Of a DNA stretch of 64,000 nucleotides, positions 27,602 through 36,694 are shown piece by piece (the stretch's first letter is position 1; each line of letters starts with the position of its first letter). The stretch comes from Tidjanibacter sp. (GTDB lineage: Bacteria > Bacteroidota > Bacteroidia > Bacteroidales > Rikenellaceae). The position numbers and the translations under genes were made by a program. The stretch lies in assembly GCA_045132795.1 (NCBI GenBank), contig JBGUSZ010000094.1:2338-66337 (forward strand), read 5' to 3'. The notes below the pieces were generated by a model. It searched no databases. It saw only the letters and a program-made list of their open reading frames with translations, and was not told the origin of the DNA.

Positions 27602-28507
27602 CTATTTTGCAAAGTTGGGTGTGTCGAAAGAGAAACTCACACCGAGCCTAATCTGGTGGTAGGGCCAATCGACCAAGCCCACTTGGTGGCCCACTCGCAA
27701 CCACACATCTCCAACCCTCCACGACACATTGGTTTTGAGCGTCATCGGACTGTCGCCATCGCCTTCCCAACCAACATATCCGCCCAAGCAGGTGTCTATG
27801 GCAAGCCTATTGTTTGCTCTTGGGGGTCTATACGCCAGCAGAAGGCCATACATCACAGCGTCGTTTTGTCTTCCATTGTCGGTTTGCCAACACAGAAAAC
27901 CTCCGCTTGCAGCCACTCTCAGTCCGCTATTGCCCACCTGACGCCCTGCGGCCACGTCAAAGAAATAGCCGGGGGAGTCGTAGCAACGTCCGTCGGCCCA
28001 CTTGTTGGCCGAGGCGGTCTTTATTGCCGCCCTCACCGATACATCAATGCCGTGTTGTGCCTCATTAAATAGGTTTATGTCGGTGGAAACATAGACATCA
28101 CCCGAGTCCACACCCCTCAAATTACCCTTGTGTTGCAGGCGTCGCAGGGCATTCACTTCGGCCGAGGTATAGTATGACTCAACGATGGGCATCCACACCG
28201 TAAGGTTGGCCCTTGGGGTAAATAGCGGGGTGGTTAGGCGGACAAACACATCACCCGTGAGGTCGTCGCCCACGCGCCCCGTGGTTGTTCCCAAGAAGCA
28301 GTCGCCATAGAGCTCTACCTTCATTGTGGGCGAGGTTCGACCATCGAGCATATCGGGTACGGGGAAGGCGTTAGGGCCGAAGTAGGCAGGGCCAATCTTG
28401 CTTGGAATGGCATAGTTTGGCCCCACGATGGAGGTTTGTGCGTTGCTGTTTATGCAACACACTGCCAAACCAAGCATCAATACACACAAGGATACAAGTC
28501 GTTTCAT
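27602..28507 (-). CDS. Uncharacterised secreted, barrel-like protein (last gene of the pilus operon)
   Basis: Start placed at ATG 28507 (MKRLVSLCVLMLGLAVCCINSNAQ signal). It is 28 nt after the stop of the 1092-aa gene. The sequence is Gly/Asp/aromatic-rich with alternating segments and a near-terminal IRLGVSFSF. I recognise no family. Confidence 0.6.
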   Translation of the reverse strand: MKRLVSLCVLMLGLAVCCINSNAQTSIVGPNYAIPSKIGPAYFGPNAFPVPDMLDGRTSPTMKVELYGDCFLGTTTGRVGDDLTGDVFVRLTTPLFTPRANLTVWMPIVESYYTSAEVNALRRLQHKGNLRGVDSGDVYVSTDINLFNEAQHGIDVSVRAAIKTASANKWADGRCYDSPGYFFDVAAGRQVGNSGLRVAASGGFLCWQTDNGRQNDAVMYGLLLAYRPPRANNRLAIDTCLGGYVGWEGDGDSPMTLKTNVSWRVGDVWLRVGHQVGLVDWPYHQIRLGVSFSFDTPNFAK

Positions 28508-28535
28508 TACAAACAGGGCTCCTTCTTTATAGAGG

Positions 28536-31500
28536 CTATAACAAGCCCTCGGCCTCCAACTCCTCCACCGAAGCATCACGTACACATCGTGGAACTCCAA
28601 CGCCATGGGTGTCCACCATAAAGATGTTGCCGCCCTGGATACCCCATCCAGCCTTGGGCTCTTTGGCTACACCAGGTTCTCCGAGGACACCAAACGAGTA
28701 GTAGGTGCGGCAGAAAGGTAGCCCCTCGTTAACATAATCCGGGAAATAGAGAAGCATCATTGCCAACTCGTTTTGGTTGGGAATACGGTAGCCCTCTGGG
28801 CAGTGGCCACTCAACACACTACTACCCACGTCCGAGATATACCTATTGTGGTTTACCCACGACATGTTATGGTTGTATGACGCAGGCAGAGTGGGTAGTG
28901 ATGCTACCTTTGTGGGTGCGATGTAGAATCTCTTGGAGAGTCGGTTGATTTCGCGGTTCTCATCACTGAACGGAAGGTCTATGGATGATTGGTCTCTAAG
29001 GGCCTTTTCGTCGAGCCTTACGCAGGTGATGGAGAGCTTTTCGGTGTCATACTCAACGTATGGGTCTGGCTCCTGTCTGAGGTCATAGCCCGTTGACATC
29101 GTTTCATTGGTGGTGCCGAGGTTGCGCACACAGCGTACCGTCCATTGATAGACACGTCCAACATTACCACCCGTGTTACTCCAACGCCACGAGTTGTACA
29201 AGTCGCCCGTGGAGCACAACTCTTCGGCCCACACGATGGTTGGGTTGTTGCTGTTGCTGCCATACATAGTGCTCGAAACAACGTGCTGCCTCCACACCGA
29301 GTTGTCCATACTCATTCGCTCCTCCGAGGTGCGGTGGTAGAGCCTCGAATCGAACTTCAAAAGGCCCTGGCCGATGGTCATACCCGTCAATTGACGGATG
29401 GCGGCAGTGTACCAACGAATCTCGTCTTGGTCAATCACACCATTGCCATTGTTGTCCCTGTTGCGGGTCATGCATGAGTAGCGTATTTTTTGGTATCCGT
29501 CTCGTAGCTGTGGCACCTCGTTTTCCACCTCCCAATTCACATAGTCGGTCCACTTGACATTGGCTTTGATGGCGGTGTTGCTGGTAAATAGATTCCACTC
29601 TTTGATGGAGTTGAGTCGTCCGTTATCCTGTGAGTCGTTTCCTCGGTTTTGGGCGGGATTTACATTTGGCTCTTCATACTTTGTGGTTGGAGCATTCTGG
29701 TCGTAGCGCCATATTCCACTATGCTCGTCTGTGTACTCAACACCCCACGCTGTGTGGAAAGAGGTGTTGGCTGGATTTGTGTCGTAGATGGACTGGATGG
29801 GCCTCTGCTGGATGGTAATTACAGAGCCCTTCGATGAACTCTCCTGGTCGTTGGACATAAAGGCGTCGCTCAAAATATAAAGATACCTATCCTGTGGTGC
29901 ATTTACATACTGTTTCCAGAAGTCGTCGGGAATCTCAGCGTTCGGGTCGCGAGGGTCGTAGTCGTAGTAGAACTCGTCCACAAAGGCAGTGACGCAAATC
30001 TTGGGGCCATTGGGGTCTTTGTCGAAGTCGCCCAGAGTGCTATACCCCTTGCTGCTGTCGTAGCCTTCAAGGAATAGGTCGTGCTGGGTTTTGATATATT
30101 TTACCAATTGGCTGACGTTCATAATGCCGTCGGGCGAATTCGTTTCGTGGTATTCGACATTGGTATACTCGCGGCGCAAGTCAGAGAAATAAACGCCATT
30201 GCTGTTCATCTTGTTGATGCGGAATTTCACCCACTTGTAGTCCAACCCAGGGGGGATAATATCATTGCCATCGGCGTCAATTTCGGGGCCACCTTCACCA
30301 AAGGGTGTGTTTACAAGCCAGGTAAGAGGTTTCTCTCCGCTGATATTTTTGGCGTGGAAGGTGATGGTGCGGGAAGAATAGTGGCAGTCGCAGTGGGCGA
30401 TCTCCTCCGTTGCTACAACAATATTACCGAAAGCTCCAGGTTGGGTTTCGCTTGGTTGGCGACCATTTTCATCCACCGACTCTCCACGTGCATCCACCTC
30501 AATGGCGATGCTGTTCAGACCGTTGATGGTAACCGTGTAGTGATAATATGTGTTGCGGTTTACGTTGAAGTTGTTCACCTGCTCTTTGGTTTGTCCTTTG
30601 CCGAAGTTGCCGAGGTGGAGAAGGTATTGTACGTCACCACCAAGCTCTTGTCCGGCTTGCTCTCCTTCGAGCTCAGTTTTTACACTACACTTAATTAGGG
30701 CATAAGTCGATAGATTGTCGGCATACATAAAATCTCTGTTGCCATCTTCGTCAATGCCGTTAAGCCACCATGTGCCGTCTTGGTATTTTGTCTGTCGGCT
30801 GCGCTCATGGAAGGGGGCGTAGTTAGGCACGGCACTGTTGGTCAAAGGAATCTCCACTTTGGGACTACGGCGGTTTTCCAGCATATAGAACCACGCCTCA
30901 TAGGTACTTGTGGTACGTCCGGAGGCGGTAGTTTGCGAAACCTCATCAAAGGAGTTGAATCCATAGTCGAAGAAGTCCTCGGAGGAGGTCGTTGCGTCGT
31001 GTCCGGTAGTGGTGTCTGTTGCTCCCTCCACCCTCATCTCATAGGGGAATGCATAGCCTATCTTGGGGAGATTCACCACTTTTATTTCGGCATTGGTAAG
31101 ACTCATAACCTTGTCGCCCTGTTTGAGAGTGATGTGAATCTTGGCATCCATGTGGTGGAGTTGGACGGTGGCGGTATTGTTGGTGTTATTTCCTGTGAAG
31201 ATTTTAACCACACCATTGTTGTCTTTGTGAATCTTCACATTTTCCAACACACCACTCATTTGCAGAGCGCCATTGCGTGAGAGGGTTTGTTGAATCATAC
31301 GTCCTCTGATGTTGAGAAGCTCCTGCTCGTCTTGTACCTGTGAGAGTCGGTCGGAGGAGATATCGACCATGTCGGCATCAAGATTAGTGATAATGTAAAT
31401 TTGATAGGTATCCTCTTCGTCAACTGTGGTGTGGATGTTAACCACGCCGGCTGTTTTTGTGCCGGCCGATGAGGAGTTGTTCACAAACCAACAGTCTTCC

Positions 31501-31814
31501 GTGGCACTATGTACTTGTGCTTGAGATGTTTTGAGGTTGGTGTTGTCATAATACTGTGAGTAAACCCTGTCGCCAGACGAGTCGAAGAGAAATACAAACA
31601 TATTGAGCACTCGGTTCTCGTCGAGGTAGTTGAGGTTGTAGGCTCGGCTACGAACTTCGATGTTCTCCACTTGTGGAGGTGCAAAGTGGAGTATTATGCC
31701 ATTGGTGGTGGGATTTTTCACATCCTCACCCATAAGGTCGTTGGTACAGCCCATTAGTGTCAAACCACCAATCAGCAGTGCCATCAACATTGATATATAT
31801 TTGCTCTTTATCAT
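28536..31814 (-). CDS. Giant pilin-like lipoprotein: FimA-type pilin module plus two DUF1566/Fib_succ-like lectin-type modules (predicted tip adhesin)
   Basis: Start at ATG 31814 (MIKSKYISMLMALLIGGLTLMGC). Arg57-Ala58 site. FimA-like blocks (NRVLNMFVFLFD, VQLHHMDAKIHITL, VNRNTYYHYTVTINGL). Two modules end in WTVRCVRNLG and GVPRCVRDAS, the second also containing CPEGYRIPNQNELAMML. There is a DNNGNGVIDQDE Ca-loop-like motif. Confidence 0.75.
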   Translation of the reverse strand: MIKSKYISMLMALLIGGLTLMGCTNDLMGEDVKNPTTNGIILHFAPPQVENIEVRSRAYNLNYLDENRVLNMFVFLFDSSGDRVYSQYYDNTNLKTSQAQVHSATEDCWFVNNSSSAGTKTAGVVNIHTTVDEEDTYQIYIITNLDADMVDISSDRLSQVQDEQELLNIRGRMIQQTLSRNGALQMSGVLENVKIHKDNNGVVKIFTGNNTNNTATVQLHHMDAKIHITLKQGDKVMSLTNAEIKVVNLPKIGYAFPYEMRVEGATDTTTGHDATTSSEDFFDYGFNSFDEVSQTTASGRTTSTYEAWFYMLENRRSPKVEIPLTNSAVPNYAPFHERSRQTKYQDGTWWLNGIDEDGNRDFMYADNLSTYALIKCSVKTELEGEQAGQELGGDVQYLLHLGNFGKGQTKEQVNNFNVNRNTYYHYTVTINGLNSIAIEVDARGESVDENGRQPSETQPGAFGNIVVATEEIAHCDCHYSSRTITFHAKNISGEKPLTWLVNTPFGEGGPEIDADGNDIIPPGLDYKWVKFRINKMNSNGVYFSDLRREYTNVEYHETNSPDGIMNVSQLVKYIKTQHDLFLEGYDSSKGYSTLGDFDKDPNGPKICVTAFVDEFYYDYDPRDPNAEIPDDFWKQYVNAPQDRYLYILSDAFMSNDQESSSKGSVITIQQRPIQSIYDTNPANTSFHTAWGVEYTDEHSGIWRYDQNAPTTKYEEPNVNPAQNRGNDSQDNGRLNSIKEWNLFTSNTAIKANVKWTDYVNWEVENEVPQLRDGYQKIRYSCMTRNRDNNGNGVIDQDEIRWYTAAIRQLTGMTIGQGLLKFDSRLYHRTSEERMSMDNSVWRQHVVSSTMYGSNSNNPTIVWAEELCSTGDLYNSWRWSNTGGNVGRVYQWTVRCVRNLGTTNETMSTGYDLRQEPDPYVEYDTEKLSITCVRLDEKALRDQSSIDLPFSDENREINRLSKRFYIAPTKVASLPTLPASYNHNMSWVNHNRYISDVGSSVLSGHCPEGYRIPNQNELAMMLLYFPDYVNEGLPFCRTYYSFGVLGEPGVAKEPKAGWGIQGGNIFMVDTHGVGVPRCVRDASVEELEAEGLL

Positions 31815-31879
31815 AGTCAAAACATTTTTTCTTTCACAACCTTGTTCTTTTGCCCGACACATATAGCCGGGAAACGCCC

Positions 31880-33466
31880 TTAATCAAATGTGGCATCTCC
31901 GCCAAAGCCCTCCTTCCAGGGCACAACCTCGAAGTTAAAATAGCCATCTTCGGGGTTGAAGAAGACGTTCACACCCACCTTGATGTGTGCGTTGCGTCGT
32001 ACCTCTGTTAGCGGAATGGTTCGACCGCTCGAATCAATGATGGTCAACTGCGCCGAGTGTGTGGCTTCATTGTTATTCCACGGGGCTTTTGACCAGCCGG
32101 TTGCCTGCTTGGGGGTATAGAGGTACCACAGTTGGGCAGAGCTGGTTGTGGAGTTGGCATTACGACTACCTCGTGAAAGCACTGGAGAGTTGCCACTATT
32201 GGTGGTGAGGAAGTATTTGTAGTATCTTTCCGTGTAGGAAGAGCGAAACCAAGTGGTTTGGTTGTAGCTACCAAAGGCGAATGTTTCGGCATTGTTCACA
32301 TTGGAGTTCAACGAGAGCGAGGTGCTGCTACGCCTGAGGTAGAGTCCGGTGCCAACGTTTTGGATTGTTCCCGATGTGTTGCCAGAGAATACCCATAGGT
32401 AGTTGTCGTAGTTTGATGTGGGAGCCGTTTGCGAGAATGCCAACGTGTTATTGTTGACGTAGAGATATCGGTTGTTGCTCACATTGCGTACAAAGTAGTG
32501 GTGCCCAGCGATGATGTCGTAGTGACTCTTGGAGGTGTCGGGGCCGCCTGTTGTTGTGGTAATTTGGGGAACCTCTTTGATCTCCGCATTGCTACTGTCA
32601 GGGTTGAATGTATTATTGTCAAAGACGGCGACTTTCAACTCCATGGTGTAGTTGTCACTAGGGGCGCTACCCTCATAGATGTAATCGTCAAATAGAGTAA
32701 ATTCGCCACCATTGCTAATGTAATGTGAGTCGGAGTTAACCGCAAAACCATTCCAAGCAACACCGTTGGGGGCGGTGTAGTCGTGGTTAAAAAGGTATGT
32801 GTTGGAGGCGTTGAAGTTACCAAGCGAGAAGCCCGCCACAACAATCCTGTAATCTTCGTCCAACACGTGGTTGTGGACCACAATGCTAATCCTTGCGACC
32901 ACTCTCTCCACTTCGCCATCGATGATGTTGACACCTTGTTTGAACGACACGGGAATGACTGCTGTCATAGGCATACCTTTCTCTTCGGAGAATGCAGGGG
33001 TGTTGGTGCCGGAGAGTGCGCCCACCAGCGCATCTTTCAGGTTGGCCACAGATGCATCTTCGGCCATATAGCGACTCAAATCGATGGGGGTGTTGGCGAT
33101 GAGATAAATCTCGTGGTCACCCCTATCCAGATTCTCAAACGACACCAAGGCCTCTGTCCTGTCGGCGTTAAACTCAGCGCTACTCTCGTTGAGTGCGAGC
33201 CACTTGTGAACCACTCCGCTTTTGGTTATAAACACCGTGAGGTTGTTCATCTTCTCTCCGGCCATAGCGGTGCCGGTGCCACCTATGGCACGCCCCTCTT
33301 CTGCCACGAGAGGCGAACTTATGGAGATGACCACAGATGCATCCTTGGGGCCACCATTATTACCTCCGCCCACATCGGGCATCTCGGGGGTGATGTTGGT
33401 ACAGCCGACCAACATCATCAGTCCTGCGATTACGAGGGAGAATATGTTTCTGTTGTTACGAATCAT
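31880..33466 (-). CDS. Pilin-like lipoprotein with inserted beta-trefoil-like triple repeat
   Basis: Lipobox MLVGC (Cys22) and an Arg59-Ala60 site. FimA-like EVERVVARISIVV. Three roughly 40-aa pseudo-repeats at aa 315-452 end in YLWVF, ETFAF and QLWYLY. The C-terminal strand is PWKEGFGGDATFD. Confidence 0.7.
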   Translation of the reverse strand: MIRNNRNIFSLVIAGLMMLVGCTNITPEMPDVGGGNNGGPKDASVVISISSPLVAEEGRAIGGTGTAMAGEKMNNLTVFITKSGVVHKWLALNESSAEFNADRTEALVSFENLDRGDHEIYLIANTPIDLSRYMAEDASVANLKDALVGALSGTNTPAFSEEKGMPMTAVIPVSFKQGVNIIDGEVERVVARISIVVHNHVLDEDYRIVVAGFSLGNFNASNTYLFNHDYTAPNGVAWNGFAVNSDSHYISNGGEFTLFDDYIYEGSAPSDNYTMELKVAVFDNNTFNPDSSNAEIKEVPQITTTTGGPDTSKSHYDIIAGHHYFVRNVSNNRYLYVNNNTLAFSQTAPTSNYDNYLWVFSGNTSGTIQNVGTGLYLRRSSTSLSLNSNVNNAETFAFGSYNQTTWFRSSYTERYYKYFLTTNSGNSPVLSRGSRNANSTTSSAQLWYLYTPKQATGWSKAPWNNNEATHSAQLTIIDSSGRTIPLTEVRRNAHIKVGVNVFFNPEDGYFNFEVVPWKEGFGGDATFD

Positions 33467-33499
33467 TGTGTGTCAGTCTTTGTTGGTTTCACAGTGTGT

Positions 33500-34585
33500 T
33501 TACTGTATGTAGATGTCTTGGTTGGACTTCACCTCCGTCCACTCCTTGATGCTCACGGTGATGTTTGCCGAAGCGCCACTGAGTTCCATTGTAAAGACAT
33601 ATTTTTTGCCTGGTTCGAACGTTATTGCGGGGAGGTAGGCGCGGTGAATAGCCGTATTACCGGCTTGTGTTTTGAAGACGAACGACACTTGCTGCTCGTC
33701 AATGGTTTGAGGAATAGCGAAGATTACGCCATCACCATCGAATGCCACGGCGGCACTGCTGTCGGTCCTACCGATGGTCTTGGAGCCTTTCCACAGATAG
33801 TTGTTGTTGGAGGGCTGCGAGGGAGTCCAGTGTATGTTGGTTGCGGAGTCACCCTCCATCATCACACCATAGTATAACACGCCCGATGCGGCAATGCCGT
33901 CGATGTATGCTTCGGTGAGTATATCGGTGCTTTCGATTTTGTGTTTGATGCGGAATTGGAGCGCCGAGAGGACGTGCTGAAATTCCAACCTAACCTTATT
34001 CATACCCTCTGCGTCTTTTGTAGGGTTGCGGAGGGTGCGTGCGACCATCAGGTCGAACTTGTTGGTCTGGGTGTAATAGTTGAGTACCAACTTGGTTGCG
34101 TCGCTCATCGCCTGGATGTTCTCCGGAGGCAGGCCGTTGACGTGGTCGTTACCGTCGGCATTGAAAGGCAGGAAGGCCCTAAATTCGTGGTCGAGGAGTC
34201 GATGCCAAGGTCTGCGAGGCTCCTCGTCGGTGCCGCAGTTGTATTTGGAGGTGTCGCCATAGACCCATTGGTCGGTGTGTGTTGCGCCTTTGGCATCACG
34301 GAAGCTGGCCACATAGGAGAGAACCTCGGGGTGGTTGAGGAAGATGTTGTCGCCTGTTTCGTATCTGCCGAAGAGGGCAATCTCGTAGTTTTGGATATTG
34401 CTTGCTGCGATGGTAGTCGAGCCGGCACCGGCTCGTCCTGATTCGGAGAGCGGCAAAGCTTCGGTGGGAGCCTCAAAAGAGAGCACAGCCTCCCCTTCGG
34501 GTTGTGGAGTTTCAACCTCGGGAGTGTTGCAGGCTGCCAGTGCGAGTAGGGCCAGCACAAAGGCGTATGTTGTAAATTTCTTCAT
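33500..34585 (-). CDS. Fimbrillin (Mfa-like) family lipoprotein, paralogue 4
   Basis: Start at ATG 34585 (MKKFTTYAFVLALLALAAC). Arg51-Ala52 site. Blocks FRAFLPFNADG and LEFQHVLSALQFRI. C-terminus EWTEVKSNQDIYIQ. Confidence 0.75.
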   Translation of the reverse strand: MKKFTTYAFVLALLALAACNTPEVETPQPEGEAVLSFEAPTEALPLSESGRAGAGSTTIAASNIQNYEIALFGRYETGDNIFLNHPEVLSYVASFRDAKGATHTDQWVYGDTSKYNCGTDEEPRRPWHRLLDHEFRAFLPFNADGNDHVNGLPPENIQAMSDATKLVLNYYTQTNKFDLMVARTLRNPTKDAEGMNKVRLEFQHVLSALQFRIKHKIESTDILTEAYIDGIAASGVLYYGVMMEGDSATNIHWTPSQPSNNNYLWKGSKTIGRTDSSAAVAFDGDGVIFAIPQTIDEQQVSFVFKTQAGNTAIHRAYLPAITFEPGKKYVFTMELSGASANITVSIKEWTEVKSNQDIYIQ

Positions 34586-34641
34586 CTTTCTACCAAGATT
34601 TAGCAAAGTTTTTTCTTTTCTTTCAACAACCGCTCTCACCA

Positions 34642-35583
34642 CTAATCGTCGATGATGGCGCTAATGTTGTCGTGTAGGAAACCGAGGCTGTCAGTGTACA
34701 CTTTCAGGGAGTAGAGATATCCCACACCGGGTTGCCATGCAACGCTTTTGGACACCTCCAACACCTGGTTGGGGAGAGTTGCGTTTTCGTATACGAAATC
34801 GCACAGGAGTTTAATGTGGGCGGTGGTTACTTGTGGTAGCAACCACTTGGCCTCTCCGAGTAGTCGTACCTCGCCGGGCCTTACTGTTTCGCTGCCTTCG
34901 AACACCACCTGCTCACACAGCTCACCTGTTGTGGTCCACGACGGCTCGGGGAGAGAAGAGAAACTGCCTTGGTGCTGTAACTGTCCTATGGATATTTTGC
35001 GCACCACAACACTGATGTGGTCTGGTAGGTGGGGTATTACAGCGAACTGCACCGAGCAGAGAGCGTGCTTGAAGGGGATGGTGATGACACCTCCGCCCAC
35101 TCCGTATTCTTTGTCGCAGATGGGGCCTGCGAACATCAACTCCTCGGAGCCTTTGTTCAACACATCCACGTCGCTGAAAACCACGCCCTCTTTGTTGGAG
35201 AAGGAGGCCTGTGCGCTTGCGGGCGAGTAGGCTGCCACGGTGAGGATTTTCTCGGCGGGCCAAGCGTGTGGCGTTGAGGTGTTCCACTCTGTGCCGTTCC
35301 AACCAACCACCCCACGGTCTACCATCATATTGGCGTAGTCTTTGTCATATTTCCAGGTGAGGTTGTCGTCGAGCGCAGCCACCCACACTCCGAAGGAGTC
35401 ATCCTTGGAATAGATGTTGTGGTTGCCCTCACCACCCTCATCGGCTCTGGAGACCTGCGACATCATCACCACGGGCTCGTAGGAGATGGGGCCCAGGTCG
35501 GGCCACACCTTTTCGGTGCAACTGCTCAGTGCGAGTGCTGCCACGATAGCGAGGAGGGTGAATATGTTCTCTTTTTTCTTCAT
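34642..35583 (-). CDS. Fimbrillin (Mfa-like) family lipoprotein, paralogue 3
   Basis: Start at ATG 35583 (MKKKENIFTLLAIVAALALSSC). Arg46-Ala47 site. Blocks LTVAAYSPASA and IPFKHALCSVQFAV. Confidence 0.75.
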   Translation of the reverse strand: MKKKENIFTLLAIVAALALSSCTEKVWPDLGPISYEPVVMMSQVSRADEGGEGNHNIYSKDDSFGVWVAALDDNLTWKYDKDYANMMVDRGVVGWNGTEWNTSTPHAWPAEKILTVAAYSPASAQASFSNKEGVVFSDVDVLNKGSEELMFAGPICDKEYGVGGGVITIPFKHALCSVQFAVIPHLPDHISVVVRKISIGQLQHQGSFSSLPEPSWTTTGELCEQVVFEGSETVRPGEVRLLGEAKWLLPQVTTAHIKLLCDFVYENATLPNQVLEVSKSVAWQPGVGYLYSLKVYTDSLGFLHDNISAIIDD

Positions 35584-35611
35584 TTGTGCAGTTTGGTATT
35601 TGAGGTGTGGA

Positions 35612-36694
35612 CTACTCGATTTCGATGACAAAATCGCCACCGCTCATCCAGTCGGCGGAGATGATGGGCTTGTCAAACTCAATGAAACTTGTTGCACCCT
35701 TGTCCCAAGTGAGGTAGTATGTGTAGTAGTTTCCGCGTCCCCAATAGCTGTTGGTAAATTTCTGTCGGAGGTTGATGATTGCGCTCTCCACGGCTCTGTT
35801 GTAGGAGTCGTACCACTCCACGAATATTTCGGCCTGTGTACCCTCTATGCCCTCTTGGTGTGCTTGGGGAAGCAGGAGTGTGGGCTCGCCCACTTGGTTG
35901 GCGCTCATGTCCAGCACAATGCCATCGGTTCCTTCGTTGCGATAGTCATAGAGGACAATGGTTTTGGGTTGGGATTGTGCATCCCAACGCGATGTGGCGG
36001 AGGAGTAGTTGCCTCGGGTGAATATTTGTCGCAATTCCACACGTTGCAGGGTAATGTTGTATGTTCTGCCACCAACCACATACTCAGAGGCAAGGCCGGC
36101 GATGACCTGCACTTGGGAGAGGGTGTGACGGAACACGGTTGGGACACCTCCGAGGGTGTTGTCCTGGTGACGATCCTTCTGCCCTTCGCCCACCTCGGCA
36201 ATCATCAGGTCGATTCCTTTGGTTGCACTGTCATACGTATCCCATCCGGTTACGATTGTTGCATCATTGGCGGTGTTGATGGTGATGTTGGTTATCTGGT
36301 TGCCGTTGTTGTCGGCCCAGGGGGAGTGTGCGAAGAAGGTGAGGGTGTGGGTGTAGGGCCAGCGTTGTTTGGGGTTGGCCACCCACGCTCCGAGGCTCTC
36401 GTTCCACTCCACCTTGACACCTGCAAAATACTCCTCTGCGAGGTCGTTCTTGCTCTGGTCCCAGAAGTAGTCGCGTGGCATCCAGTAGGCAGTGGCGGCA
36501 AATGGGCGGTCGGTGGGGTAGACAAGTTGTTTACCCGCACGCACCACGTCGGGAAGCCCCACTACGGTCTGAAATCCGATAGTGTTGTCCTCCTGTGGTG
36601 TCGGCTCGGGGCCGAAATTGACACACCCCGCCAAGGCGAGGGCCAGGGCCATTGCCGCGAGTAGTGCCGATATGTGCGCTCTGGTGTTTAACAT
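35612..36694 (-). CDS. Fimbrillin (Mfa-like) family lipoprotein, paralogue 2
   Basis: Preferred start is ATG 36694 (MLNTRAHISALLAAMALALALAGC), with an alternative ATG at 36736. Arg52-Ala53 site. Blocks LTFFAHSPWAD and TVFRHTLSQVQVIA. C-terminus DWMSGGDFVIEIE. Confidence 0.75.
   Translation of the reverse strand: MLNTRAHISALLAAMALALALAGCVNFGPEPTPQEDNTIGFQTVVGLPDVVRAGKQLVYPTDRPFAATAYWMPRDYFWDQSKNDLAEEYFAGVKVEWNESLGAWVANPKQRWPYTHTLTFFAHSPWADNNGNQITNITINTANDATIVTGWDTYDSATKGIDLMIAEVGEGQKDRHQDNTLGGVPTVFRHTLSQVQVIAGLASEYVVGGRTYNITLQRVELRQIFTRGNYSSATSRWDAQSQPKTIVLYDYRNEGTDGIVLDMSANQVGEPTLLLPQAHQEGIEGTQAEIFVEWYDSYNRAVESAIINLRQKFTNSYWGRGNYYTYYLTWDKGATSFIEFDKPIISADWMSGGDFVIEIE

Noticed and set aside
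28536-29480. A diversity-generating retroelement (DGR) targeting the DUF1566/C-type-lectin-like C-terminal modules of the 1092-aa protein.
   Set aside because: Such modules are typical DGR targets. However, no reverse transcriptase gene is present. I see no template-repeat copy of either module elsewhere in the window, and the two modules are not similar to each other at the sequence level. A whole-genome search for an RT and for a near-identical 100-150 nt repeat with A-specific mismatches would be decisive.
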